A DNA stretch of 63,507 bases, counting the filler, from Candidatus Woesearchaeota archaeon (lineage in GTDB: Archaea > Nanobdellota > Nanobdellia > Woesearchaeales > WJIZ01), in the NCBI GenBank assembly GCA_018221205.1. It is 7 parts of 7 records of this genome, joined end to end, with 100 filler letters (N's around TTAATTAATTAA, not from the genome) between each part and the next. Parts side by side here need not be neighbours in the genome. Positions count along the whole stretch, not along the records: positions 40,835 to 57,831 come from JAAOYF010000037.1; 6 more parts are not named here. One strand, 5' to 3'. This document shows positions 49,392-57,931 of the stretch, in pieces. The notes under the pieces are model-generated. The model was not told the DNA's origin. It saw only the letters and a list, made by a program, of their open reading frames with translations, and did no database searches. Each line of letters starts with the position of its first letter. The stretch's first letter is position 1. The position numbers and the translations under genes are program-made.

Positions 49392-49997
49392 ATGAAGCAG
49401 ATCATCATCATATTATTGCTCTTGCCGCTGCCGTTCTTTCTCGGTTCTTTATATATCTTCAATGATTCTTTCTGGGAGCATTCATTTGACAGATATGCTG
49501 TGCAGGACGAGTTTGATGCTGATATCAAAGATGCGCATGATACTATCATCCTCTATCTTCTCGATAAGAAGGACTCTTTGCCTGATTCCCTCTCTTATAA
49601 CCAAAAAGAGATTGTCCATATGGATGATGTGAAGGTTGTGTTTCAAGGCTTTCTTCTTGTTCTGAAAATCATCATCATTCTATTGGGGTTGTTCTTCATT
49701 TTTAATCAATCTTATAAGAATTATTCGGGTGCATTTTATCATGCTGGACTTATCTCTATAATCATCTTCGTCATCCTTGCTTTGCTCTTTGTGTTCTCAT
49801 TCGCATTCTCTTTCAGTTCTTTCCATACTCTCTTCTTTGCAGCAGGAAGCTGGGTCTTCTCTCCTGGAGATACTCTTGTTACCCTCTACCCCTCTGGATT
49901 ATTCGCTGATCTGTTCAGAGATGTCATGTTATTGACAGCATTTTATTCTTTGCTTTTCATGATTCCAAAAATTTATAAACAACATAGAGGTCAATAA
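49392..49997 (+). CDS. DUF1461/TIGR01906-like membrane protein
   Basis: EIVHMDDVK, FHTLFF..GSWVF, LVTLYP. Confidence 0.8.
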   Translation: MKQIIIILLLLPLPFFLGSLYIFNDSFWEHSFDRYAVQDEFDADIKDAHDTIILYLLDKKDSLPDSLSYNQKEIVHMDDVKVVFQGFLLVLKIIIILLGLFFIFNQSYKNYSGAFYHAGLISIIIFVILALLFVFSFAFSFSSFHTLFFAAGSWVFSPGDTLVTLYPSGLFADLFRDVMLLTAFYSLLFMIPKIYKQHRGQ

Positions 49998-50002
49998 AAC
50001 GC

Positions 50003-50158
50003 ATGGCAAGAAAACTCTTAATAGCAGCCAATTGGAAGATACATAACTGGTTACGCTCGGTTAACATGTCAGAAACGTGCTACGTTTCTGATCATGATCA
50101 GGAATCTTCGATTCCTGACACGCAATGGGGGTTTCGCTTCGCTCAAGCCCCCTGAAAA
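50003..50158 (+). mobile_element. Duplicated tpiA 5' end plus hairpin-rich insert
   Basis: 50003-50046 matches 50159-50202 at 38/44; three hairpins lie between the copies. Confidence 0.65.
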
Positions 50159-50899
50159 ATGGCAAGAAAACTACTCATAGCAGCAAACTGGAAGATGCAT
50201 AAGACCATTCCGGAAGCTGTTGATTTTGCGAAGAAGATCAAAGAGCTTAAGGCAGAGAGAGATATTCTTGTCTGTGCTCCTTTCACGTTGTTGCCGGCAG
50301 TTGCTCAGGAGCTGCAAGGCAGTTCTGTCGGATTCGGCGGCCAAAACATGCATTTCGAGGAAAAAGGAGCCTTTACTGGAGAGATATCTCCATTGATGCT
50401 GAATGAATTGAAATGCACTCACGTCATTATCGGCCATTCTGAAAGACGGCATGTCTTCGGAGAGGACAATGCACTGATCAATAAGAAGATCAAGTCTGCT
50501 TTAGCGCATAACCTTATCCCTGTCTTCTGTGTCGGTGAGAAACTTGAGGAGAGGGAAGCCGGAAAGACCCAAGATGTTGTCAAAGAACAGATTGATAAGG
50601 GATTGGAAGGGGTCGAGAATGTCGATAGTGTTGTTATTGCCTATGAGCCTGTATGGGCTATCGGCACTGGAAAAACAGCCACTCCAGACCAGGCCCAGGA
50701 AGTCCATGCTTTTATCAGGGAATTCATGACAGAGCTTTATTCTGACGATGCCGCTAATGAGCTAAGGATCCTTTATGGAGGAAGTGTCAAGCCAGCCAAT
50801 GTCAAAGAATTGATGAGTGAAAAGGATATTGACGGTGCTTTGGTCGGAGGAGCATCATTAGAATTCGATAGTTTTTCTCAGTTGGTCAATCCACAGTGA
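50159..50899 (+). CDS. tpiA: Triosephosphate isomerase (bacterial type)
   Basis: AANWKM, GHSERR, AYEPVWAIGTG, YGGSV, LVGGASL. Confidence 0.98.
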   Translation: MARKLLIAANWKMHKTIPEAVDFAKKIKELKAERDILVCAPFTLLPAVAQELQGSSVGFGGQNMHFEEKGAFTGEISPLMLNELKCTHVIIGHSERRHVFGEDNALINKKIKSALAHNLIPVFCVGEKLEEREAGKTQDVVKEQIDKGLEGVENVDSVVIAYEPVWAIGTGKTATPDQAQEVHAFIREFMTELYSDDAANELRILYGGSVKPANVKELMSEKDIDGALVGGASLEFDSFSQLVNPQ

Positions 50900-51434
50900 T
50901 GTATATCTTATGTGTTCTATCGTATTGATTTGGATCGGGCTGTCTATAGACCTTTAAGTCGTAGACATACGTACCGGACCTTGTTCCAGGCACCAATTCA
51001 AAACCAAAGCCGAATGTCTTCTCATCATTCTGTCTTATCATCTCTTCTCTTTTCCAGGGCATGACTTCAATGTTGTTCTCATAGAGGAGCTCTGTCGGTC
51101 CGATCTTCTGCAGGTTATCAGGGGTGATGTAGATCCCTTTGTCTAATTTCACAAGAAAATTTCCATCGCCTTCCATATTCAGCACCTTCACCCCAACAAT
51201 CTCGAATTTCTTCGGTTCCAGAATTACTCTGTCGTTGATGATGCATACCTTCTCATCGCTGCTGCAGCTCAATTCGGCGATCCTTTGGTCGATATCATCT
51301 AATGTAAGATCTCTCAGCTCTTGAGCGCTGCCCAATATATTGTAGATGAAGATGATGCCGAAAGAAAGGATGACTAAAGAGATGATGATAGTCACAATAA
51401 AATTAAGAGAAAGTTCTATGGCTGCCTTTTTCAT
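50886..51434 (-). CDS. Pilin-like protein with class III signal peptide
   Basis: MKKAA/IELSLNFIV followed by a hydrophobic helix. Confidence 0.7.
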   Translation of the reverse strand: MKKAAIELSLNFIVTIIISLVILSFGIIFIYNILGSAQELRDLTLDDIDQRIAELSCSSDEKVCIINDRVILEPKKFEIVGVKVLNMEGDGNFLVKLDKGIYITPDNLQKIGPTELLYENNIEVMPWKREEMIRQNDEKTFGFGFELVPGTRSGTYVYDLKVYRQPDPNQYDRTHKIYITVD

Positions 51435-51652
51435 CCTAGAATTTCGTATTCCTTGATGATGATCATGAGGAACAGTATCAGGACAATAGAACCTACGACA
51501 ATCCATGTCAGGCCGCCAGGGAAATCCCCTGAAAAGACCGTGTAGAGGCCATACACCATGATACCAAAACCGAGCCAGAGAAACTTGTCTAGCACAAGCT
51601 TCAAGATCTCGAATTCCTCTGCATGCGTCAGTCTTCTTTTCATTTTTACCAT
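51431..51652 (-). CDS. Small conserved membrane protein
   Basis: EEFEILKLVLDKFLWLG, two TM helices. Confidence 0.7.
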   Translation of the reverse strand: MVKMKRRLTHAEEFEILKLVLDKFLWLGFGIMVYGLYTVFSGDFPGGLTWIVVGSIVLILFLMIIIKEYEILG

Positions 51653-51653
51653 T

Positions 51654-52223
51654 TTAGATGAACTTCACAAAAAATGTCTTTGATGTATACTCTTCGTCAT
51701 CCAATGCTGAGTTGATGTCATCACCTTTATCCATGATCTTTATCTTGAACAGCTTTGTTCCAGTAGCAGTCCTATCTGCCTTCAATGTTATGCCGAAGAC
51801 ATTAGACTCGCCAGGTGCTAAGATCTGTGTTGTGGTATCCCAGAAAAATGCATAACCGGTTTCGGATGTACTCAATGAAGAGTCAGAAGGCCTATTGTCT
51901 TCTACATCATTCACAATCTCCTTCATCTCAATCTTAAAATTCAGTACATCTGCATCCGTGTTCTTCACACCTATAGCGATGATCTCTTCATCTCCACCTT
52001 CAATATCTATACGTTGGGAAGGAAAGGAAAGCTTCTTGTCTCCTCTTCTTAAGTCATCAAGGATCTGCTCTCGCATCTGGTCCTGGACAGAGCCTGTTGT
52101 GTCTGTTATGTCGCTGAACATGTTCCTGACAAAGCCCAGACCAAGACCCAATAAGGTCATAGCAAGAATAACAATGACAATAGCGTTAATAGAAAGCTCT
52201 AAAGCTGCCTTTTTATTCATCAT
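51654..52223 (-). CDS. Pilin-like protein with class III signal peptide
   Basis: KKAA/LELSINAIVIVILA. Confidence 0.72.
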   Translation of the reverse strand: MMNKKAALELSINAIVIVILAMTLLGLGLGFVRNMFSDITDTTGSVQDQMREQILDDLRRGDKKLSFPSQRIDIEGGDEEIIAIGVKNTDADVLNFKIEMKEIVNDVEDNRPSDSSLSTSETGYAFFWDTTTQILAPGESNVFGITLKADRTATGTKLFKIKIMDKGDDINSALDDEEYTSKTFFVKFI

Positions 52224-52309
52224 CTACACCTCTTTTTATCCTTATCTGAGCAAATTGGTTTATAAACTTTTCTACAATCTATTTAAAGAGAGGGCTACTT
52301 TCAATCAGG

Positions 52310-53173
52310 ATGACAAGTGAAGTCAATACCCGGAACGGTCTTCATTTTCTCGTTCAAGACCATCTTTCTACAAGTGCGTCTGGTGCCCATCATTTTCGAT
52401 TGATGGATCCAGATGGACATCATTATTTCGGAAAATTCCAGCCCGGTACTACTTTAGGTAAACTACGGTACCAGAATGAAACGATGGCTTTCACGCATGT
52501 ACAAGATGATGAACTAGAGGGAATTGTGGACTATGTTGATAGAGATGATGCTACTCATGGAGTAATCTTAGAATTAGTTGAAGGGACAGATCTTTATGCA
52601 GCCATTGAGAAGCTGCTTGCTCTTCCTGTTGAGGAGAAAATAGCACTCTTATCAACAGTTGCTCACCATCTTGAAGGGTTGCATTCTGGAAATATAGCAC
52701 ACGGGGATATCTCGCTGCGAAATGTTATGCTAAAGAAAAGCTATGAGAATGAACTTCATCAAGGAACACACAGAAGAATAACTTCTAAAGATGTCTTGCT
52801 TGTTGACCTTGCCCTAGCGAGCGTAAATAGTATTTCACCTTATTGGTTTTTTATCGAGCAGAACCATGGATTATCTGGATCATGGATTTATATGCCTCCA
52901 GAAATGCTCCATTCTAAAATGTCTTCTCCTGCTGGAGATATGTATTCCTTTGGCGTTCTTGCCTATATCTTGCTTTATGGCAAAGAACCATTCCCTATGG
53001 AATATGGTATCGATCATGTTGCTTATTTGGTGAAGAAATCTTATCATCTGCCTTCTCCGCCTCCTCTTGATTTTAATGGAGTAGAAGAACTTGTTTTTCA
53101 CCTGCTCAACCCAGAATCGCGACACCGGCCATCAGCTAGGGAAACGAAAGAGAAATTGTACGAGGCCTTATAG
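52310..53173 (+). CDS. Hanks-type Ser/Thr protein kinase
   Basis: HGDISLRNVM, YMPPE, DMYSFG, RPSA. Confidence 0.82.
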   Translation: MTSEVNTRNGLHFLVQDHLSTSASGAHHFRLMDPDGHHYFGKFQPGTTLGKLRYQNETMAFTHVQDDELEGIVDYVDRDDATHGVILELVEGTDLYAAIEKLLALPVEEKIALLSTVAHHLEGLHSGNIAHGDISLRNVMLKKSYENELHQGTHRRITSKDVLLVDLALASVNSISPYWFFIEQNHGLSGSWIYMPPEMLHSKMSSPAGDMYSFGVLAYILLYGKEPFPMEYGIDHVAYLVKKSYHLPSPPPLDFNGVEELVFHLLNPESRHRPSARETKEKLYEAL

Positions 53174-53689
53174 TTTAGATTTCTTTGCTTTGTCAGAGAT
53201 AATTGCTGAGTTTCCAGAAGGATCTTCTAATATAATCTTTGTAGGGTCTTTTCCCCAAAGAATCCGCATTATCTTCTTCAACTGGTTCTTGGCTTTCTTC
53301 TTGATGGCATCATCTTCTTCATTGTCTCTTGCAAACTCGATGGCCTTTCTTGCCCTTTCTAATACGCCTTCAATGTTTGTTATGAAGCCATTACCTACTT
53401 CACCGCCTTGCATGGTTATCAGATGAGGGATCTTCAGGGTGGCTTCTGCACTCTTCACTACCCGTATCTTCATATCTTCATCGCCTTTGATGTCGATGGT
53501 GAATTTTACAGGGTCGTGCCTTTCTTTCGCCTCAATATCTGCTTTATGATAGTGGCAGTTCGAGCAGTTCATCGAGAGCAGAAAGCAGGCTCCGAAGAAA
53601 GGGATATCATGTTCGTCTTCCATCAGCGTAAGAGTCTTCTTTCCACAGACCGAGCATGGCTGACCGTGAACAACGTTAGGAGCTTTCAT
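53168..53689 (-). CDS. ZPR1 zinc-finger protein
   Basis: CSVC, IPFFG, CSNC, ITNIEGVL, EDPSGNS. Confidence 0.92.
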   Translation of the reverse strand: MKAPNVVHGQPCSVCGKKTLTLMEDEHDIPFFGACFLLSMNCSNCHYHKADIEAKERHDPVKFTIDIKGDEDMKIRVVKSAEATLKIPHLITMQGGEVGNGFITNIEGVLERARKAIEFARDNEEDDAIKKKAKNQLKKIMRILWGKDPTKIILEDPSGNSAIISDKAKKSKL

Positions 53690-53728
53690 AAAATCAAAAA
53701 TGGAAGAAGGAGTTTAAATAGTTTATTG

Positions 53729-54154
53729 TCAATCCTGGAATTCAGTCACTTCAGAAACGTCTTCTTTTTTCTGCTCAGCTGCCTTGCCGCGATGGATATG
53801 GGCAAAGGCAGGAGTGGCTGCGATCCAATCATCTCCAAAGCCGGCTATGTCGCCGTCGATTGCGTCACAGGTCTTCTTGAGCTTGTTGATAGCCCGTTTC
53901 AATTCAACTAAATCCTTGTCTTTCAAGGTCTTGATATTGATCAATGCAATAGTATGGCCTTCTCTCAATGCATCGAGGATCGGTTTGATGTTCTCGAAAT
54001 CATCCAAAATGAAAGGTCTCACCAGAAACTTTGCTGATTTTTCGCTAGAGTCGGCATCTAACTGTACGTAGCCGTCATCGTGCGCTCCTTTCATAATCTC
54101 AGAACTCATATCATCACCAAACATCTTTTCCTTCATCTTTGAAAAAAAACCCAT
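53729..54154 (-). CDS. sepF: Archaeal SepF
   Basis: LREGHTIALINI, LKRAINKLK, GDIAG, IAATP. Confidence 0.85.
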   Translation of the reverse strand: MGFFSKMKEKMFGDDMSSEIMKGAHDDGYVQLDADSSEKSAKFLVRPFILDDFENIKPILDALREGHTIALINIKTLKDKDLVELKRAINKLKKTCDAIDGDIAGFGDDWIAATPAFAHIHRGKAAEQKKEDVSEVTEFQD

Positions 54155-54275
54155 TTTAATCCTCCTAGTACTACTATACACTCGGTATAAGAAAATACAA
54201 TAGTACCACTATTTAAAGTTTGTGTTCTAGGCGGAGATTCCATAACTTTTATAAAGGGCCTATTAATCCAAGAAA

Positions 54276-54566
54276 GTGATGAAAAGGATAGGCAGATCAC
54301 GAAGAAAGACACGTTCAACATACAGCAAGCACTTCAGAACGAAAGGGAAAATCTCTCTCACGAAGTACTTCCAGACTCTCAAGGAAGGGGATAAAGTACT
54401 GCTGCAAGTGGAACCTTCTATCCATAGCGGATTGTATGATCCCAAGTATATCGGTAAATCCGGTACGATCAAGCGAAGGAACGGCAGATGCTATGAAGTG
54501 ACGATCATGGACAGAAAGAAGGAAAAGCTTCTGATTGTCCATCCAGTCCATCTTAGGAGGCAATAA
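54276..54566 (+). CDS. rpl21e: 50S ribosomal protein L21e
   Basis: RRKTR, GDKV, GKSG, IVHPVHL. Confidence 0.93.
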   Translation: MMKRIGRSRRKTRSTYSKHFRTKGKISLTKYFQTLKEGDKVLLQVEPSIHSGLYDPKYIGKSGTIKRRNGRCYEVTIMDRKKEKLLIVHPVHLRRQ

Positions 54567-54567
54567 A

Positions 54568-54906
54568 ATGTCAGCTCCCAAAATCATAAAGGAACACCCT
54601 ATCAGCATGTCTGAACTCAAGACCGAGATTGATAAGATAAAGAAACGAGATAAGGAACTTGGCTTCAGAACAAACAGGACTGAAGAATACATCCACCAAT
54701 TCATCAAAGAAGACACTTCAAAACTTGTGGAATCCCTCAAGAAGCTGAACATCAGCAGGCTGAAGGATGAGCAGGTCATCAAAATAGTTGATTTATTGCC
54801 CAGGTCTGTCGAGGACCTGAAAGTTGTCCTTCATGGATATACTGTCACGGTCACTAAAGACAATATGAAGAAGATTGTTGATGAAGTGAATAAATTTCTA
54901 AAATGA
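54568..54906 (+). CDS. rpoF: RNA polymerase subunit F (Rpo4)
   Basis: Follows rpl21e; KIVDLLPRSVEDLK. Confidence 0.85.
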   Translation: MSAPKIIKEHPISMSELKTEIDKIKKRDKELGFRTNRTEEYIHQFIKEDTSKLVESLKKLNISRLKDEQVIKIVDLLPRSVEDLKVVLHGYTVTVTKDNMKKIVDEVNKFLK

Positions 54907-56042
54907 TTATTGGCACGATAAAAGAGGTCAAGGATAACGAGAATAGGGTAGGATTACTGCCTTCTTCTGTCAAGCTGCTTGTTGCGAATAAGCATGAAGT
55001 CTATGTCGAGAAGAATGCGGGCACAGGCACAGGCTTTTCTGATGGTGATTATGAGAAGGCCGGCGCCATCATCCTTGACAATGCTGTTGAGGTCGCAAAA
55101 AAGGCCGATATCCTGGTGAAGATCAAAGAGCCGATGCAAGAAGAGTTCACTATTCTCGAAGCATTGGCAGGGAAGACACTCTATACTTATCTACATCTTG
55201 CAGCTGCTCCAAAGGAATTGACTTTGGAACTCATAAAGCATAAGATTACTTCTATTGCCTATGAGACCATCGAAAAGAATGGACGGTTGCCTTGTCTGGC
55301 ACCGATGAGCAAGATAGCAGGCATCCTGGCTGTGCAATACTCTTCACAATACCTTCAGAAGAAGTATGGAGGAAGGGGGGTCTCGATGGGACATGTCAAA
55401 GGGGCAGACACTGCAAACGTCGTTGTCATCGGCGGCGGCGTTGTCGGAAAGAAGGCTGCTCTGACAGCCTGCGGTATGGGAGCTTCCGTAACAGTCTTTG
55501 AGATCAATGAAGAACGTGCACAATATGTGCAGGAAGAATGCGGCAAAGTGCTGGCTGGAAAGTTCTTCTCAAACCTTTCTGTCGAAACAGCCGAAGAGGA
55601 GAACCTTGTCAAAGCCATCAAGGAGGCAGATGTCTTGATCGGTGCAGTCCTTGTCAAAGGATCAAAGGCTCCCCGGATCATCACCAAGGAGATGATCGAT
55701 GTCATGCAGAAAGGTGCGGTTATTATCGATGTCGCGATCGATCAAGGAGGATGCATCTGGGGAAGCAAACCTACTTCTCATTCACAACCCACCTATGATT
55801 ATGAAGGAAAGATCTATTGCTGCATCACGAACATGCCTGGACAAGTGCCTTTACAGGCTACACAAGCACTGACCGCAACAACCATACCTTATCTGCTGCA
55901 GATGGCAAACAAGGGAATCGAAGAAACAGTAAAAGGAGATAGTGGATTTGCACAAGGATTGAATGTCTATCAAGGGAAGATAGTGTATAAAGGAGTTGCG
56001 GATGCTCTTGGATTGGATTATACTGAATTGAGATTTTCTTAG
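54903..56042 (+). CDS. ald: Alanine dehydrogenase (bacterial AlaDH/PNT family)
   Basis: KEVKDNENRV, YLHLAA, LAPMS, DVAIDQGG, NMPG. Confidence 0.92.
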   Translation: MIIGTIKEVKDNENRVGLLPSSVKLLVANKHEVYVEKNAGTGTGFSDGDYEKAGAIILDNAVEVAKKADILVKIKEPMQEEFTILEALAGKTLYTYLHLAAAPKELTLELIKHKITSIAYETIEKNGRLPCLAPMSKIAGILAVQYSSQYLQKKYGGRGVSMGHVKGADTANVVVIGGGVVGKKAALTACGMGASVTVFEINEERAQYVQEECGKVLAGKFFSNLSVETAEEENLVKAIKEADVLIGAVLVKGSKAPRIITKEMIDVMQKGAVIIDVAIDQGGCIWGSKPTSHSQPTYDYEGKIYCCITNMPGQVPLQATQALTATTIPYLLQMANKGIEETVKGDSGFAQGLNVYQGKIVYKGVADALGLDYTELRFS

Positions 56043-56098
56043 AAAGATTTAAAAATCAAGCTATTCACCTCAATCTTAAAGGGAGTGGTTATATTAGA

Positions 56099-56656
56099 AT
56101 GGAATCTACAAAAGAAGAGTATGCAATCGTCTTGGACTTTTTACCGAATGGATACCCATTCGATTCAAGACCAAGCCATCTGAAGAGTCCGATAGCTCAA
56201 GCTATAGGAAAGGATCGCTTTGTCATTCTCGAGCTTGTCCCGAAGAAAGAGATTCACCTGCAGCCGCACGAAGAGGTCTATATCGGCGAGGGCAAACGGG
56301 ATAAGGTGCACCATATCATCGGGAAGATCCCTGTTGACAAGCTGACACAGACTGCTAAATCTGAACTGAAGATCATCGTCGGCGAGGCCATCAAGCGCAA
56401 CCAGGATAGATTTATCGAGTTCTTCAACGAAGCCCAGCCCTTAAGCACCAGGATGCATCAGCTGGAGCTATTGCCTGGACTAGGCAAGAAGCATATGTGG
56501 GAAATCATCGAAGAGAGGAAAGGAGATCCGTTCAAGGATTTCGCTGACATGAAAAAAAGAGTCAAACTGATGCCTGACCCAGAGAAAGCTATCATGAAAA
56601 GAATTCTCAAGGAACTTGAGGGAAAAGAGAAACATAATCTATTCGTTGATTCGTGA
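56099..56656 (+). CDS. DUF655 nucleic-acid-binding protein
   Basis: VLDFLPNG, RMHQLELLPGLGKK. Confidence 0.92.
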   Translation: MESTKEEYAIVLDFLPNGYPFDSRPSHLKSPIAQAIGKDRFVILELVPKKEIHLQPHEEVYIGEGKRDKVHHIIGKIPVDKLTQTAKSELKIIVGEAIKRNQDRFIEFFNEAQPLSTRMHQLELLPGLGKKHMWEIIEERKGDPFKDFADMKKRVKLMPDPEKAIMKRILKELEGKEKHNLFVDS

Positions 56657-56694
56657 TCCTTTTCCAACAGATTTTTATATGAGCTATTTTTTAT

Positions 56695-57267
56695 GTGACC
56701 ATGATCCAAAAAATAAAAAACCTGGTAAATGTCAATGAGAAGATAACAGAGTTATCCAAAAATTTTGAAGAACATTCAACAATAGTCAATACATTCTCAT
56801 CTACTGTTCGAGCATTGCAGAATGAGATAGAAGGCCTGAAAATGTCTCAAGAGACGATGATCAGCGCCATGAACCAGGATGCGACTGCCTTGAAGGATCT
56901 GAGAGAGGATCTGAGAACCGAGATCAATGATTTCAAGATCATCAAATCCCGTGTCGAAAAGAAGATGATCGAGCTGTTCGAGGATGAGATCGGGAAGCAG
57001 CTCCAGCAACGGTTTGACAGGCTCGAGTACCAGATGAAGAGCTTTGACGGGCTCAATACCAAAGTACAAGCCATCTCCCAGCGGACTGTCGATCTGAGCA
57101 GGGAGATCGAGAAATTCACTTCTATCAGCAAGCACCTCAAAGAGGGAGATTTTGAACTGGTCAAATATGCTCAACATCTGCAGTCACGCGATCAGGAGAA
57201 GCTTGAATTGATGAGAAAGCTGGATACGATGGAAAGGCTTGTTTCTAAGATGAGACGACAGCGTTAG
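56695..57267 (+). CDS. Coiled-coil hypothetical protein
   Basis: Heptad-rich; C-terminal DQEKLELMRKLDTMERLVSK. Confidence 0.72.
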   Translation: MTMIQKIKNLVNVNEKITELSKNFEEHSTIVNTFSSTVRALQNEIEGLKMSQETMISAMNQDATALKDLREDLRTEINDFKIIKSRVEKKMIELFEDEIGKQLQQRFDRLEYQMKSFDGLNTKVQAISQRTVDLSREIEKFTSISKHLKEGDFELVKYAQHLQSRDQEKLELMRKLDTMERLVSKMRRQR

Positions 57268-57271
57268 TTTT

Positions 57272-57334
57272 GAGATTTTTGCAAAAATCTCGTAAAAAGC
57301 GGGCGACGTTCGGAGCAAAGCTCCTCAGTCCCCC
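57272..57334. repeat. Two-hairpin mini-element (divergent family member)
   Basis: Perfect palindrome GAGATTTTTGCAAAAATCTC, A-rich spacer, then CGAC...GGAGC-aaa-GCTCC...GTC. Confidence 0.6.
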
Positions 57335-57372
57335 GAGTTAACTTTTTAAAGCATCACTGATTTGAGACTTCT

Positions 57373-57460
57373 ATGGGCCTGTAGTTCAGGAGGTTTTTCA
57401 AAAACCTCGGAAAAGGGTGCGACATCCTCGTAAACTCGGAGTCGCACGTACTGCAGGGTC
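57373..57460. mobile_element. Duplicated tRNA 5' end plus two-hairpin mini-element
   Basis: ATGGGCCTGTAGTTCAG at 57373-57389 and 57461-57477; the insert is homologous to 43213-43271. Confidence 0.7.
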
Positions 57461-57462
57461 AT

Positions 57463-57559
57463 GGGCCTGTAGTTCAGTGGCTAGAACGTCGCCTCGACAT
57501 ATGGAGTCTTAGTTCGTTCGGAGTGGCGAAGGTCGCCGGTTCGAGTCCGGTCGGGCCCA
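57463..57559 (+). tRNA. tRNA-Val(GAC) with 24-nt BHB intron (57500-57523)
   Basis: Acceptor GGGCCTG/CGGGCCC, D stem GTTC/GAAC, anticodon stem TCGCC/GGCGA, T arm GCCGG-TTCGAGT-CCGGT; BHB central helix TCGA/TCGG. Confidence 0.88.
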
Positions 57560-57560
57560 T

Positions 57561-57750
57561 TTATTTCTTTATCAATCCCAAAAGGAACGTTATCACAAAT
57601 AAGATCAGAAATAGCCAATACTCCGGTTCTACAAGTCCTACTGCCAATAATGAATCAAGGGCAAGAAATCCAGAATATCCCATACCTATCACCGATATGA
57701 TTATCTGCACAACAGAGATTGTTCTTTTTTGACATAATATAGAATATAAT
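57561..57750 (-). pseudogene. 3' remnant of a membrane-protein gene abutting the IS end
   Basis: Frame open from the IS boundary: LYSILCQKRTISVVQIIISVIGMG...FLLGLIKK*. Confidence 0.45.
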
Positions 57751-57831
57751 ATGACCTCCTCCCCGACTTGAAAGTCGGGGTATCCGCTTAAGCTTCTGCG
57801 TGGTGTTGTTCTTGATTTACTATGTACTTGA
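57751..57831 (-). mobile_element. tnpA: IS200/IS605-family element end, copy 3
   Basis: Identical to copy 2 over the shared length. Confidence 0.85.
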
Positions 57832-57931
57832 NNNNNNNNNNNNNNNNNNNNNNNNNNNNNNNNNNNNNNNNNNNNTTAATTAATTAANNNNNNNNNNNNN
57901 NNNNNNNNNNNNNNNNNNNNNNNNNNNNNNN
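57832..57931. other. Artificial contig linker
   Basis: N/TTAATTAATTAA/N. Confidence 0.99.

Noticed and set aside
57523..57732. 69-aa ORF starting in the tRNA
   Set aside because: Overlaps the tRNA-Val 3' exon and is antisense to a membrane-protein remnant.
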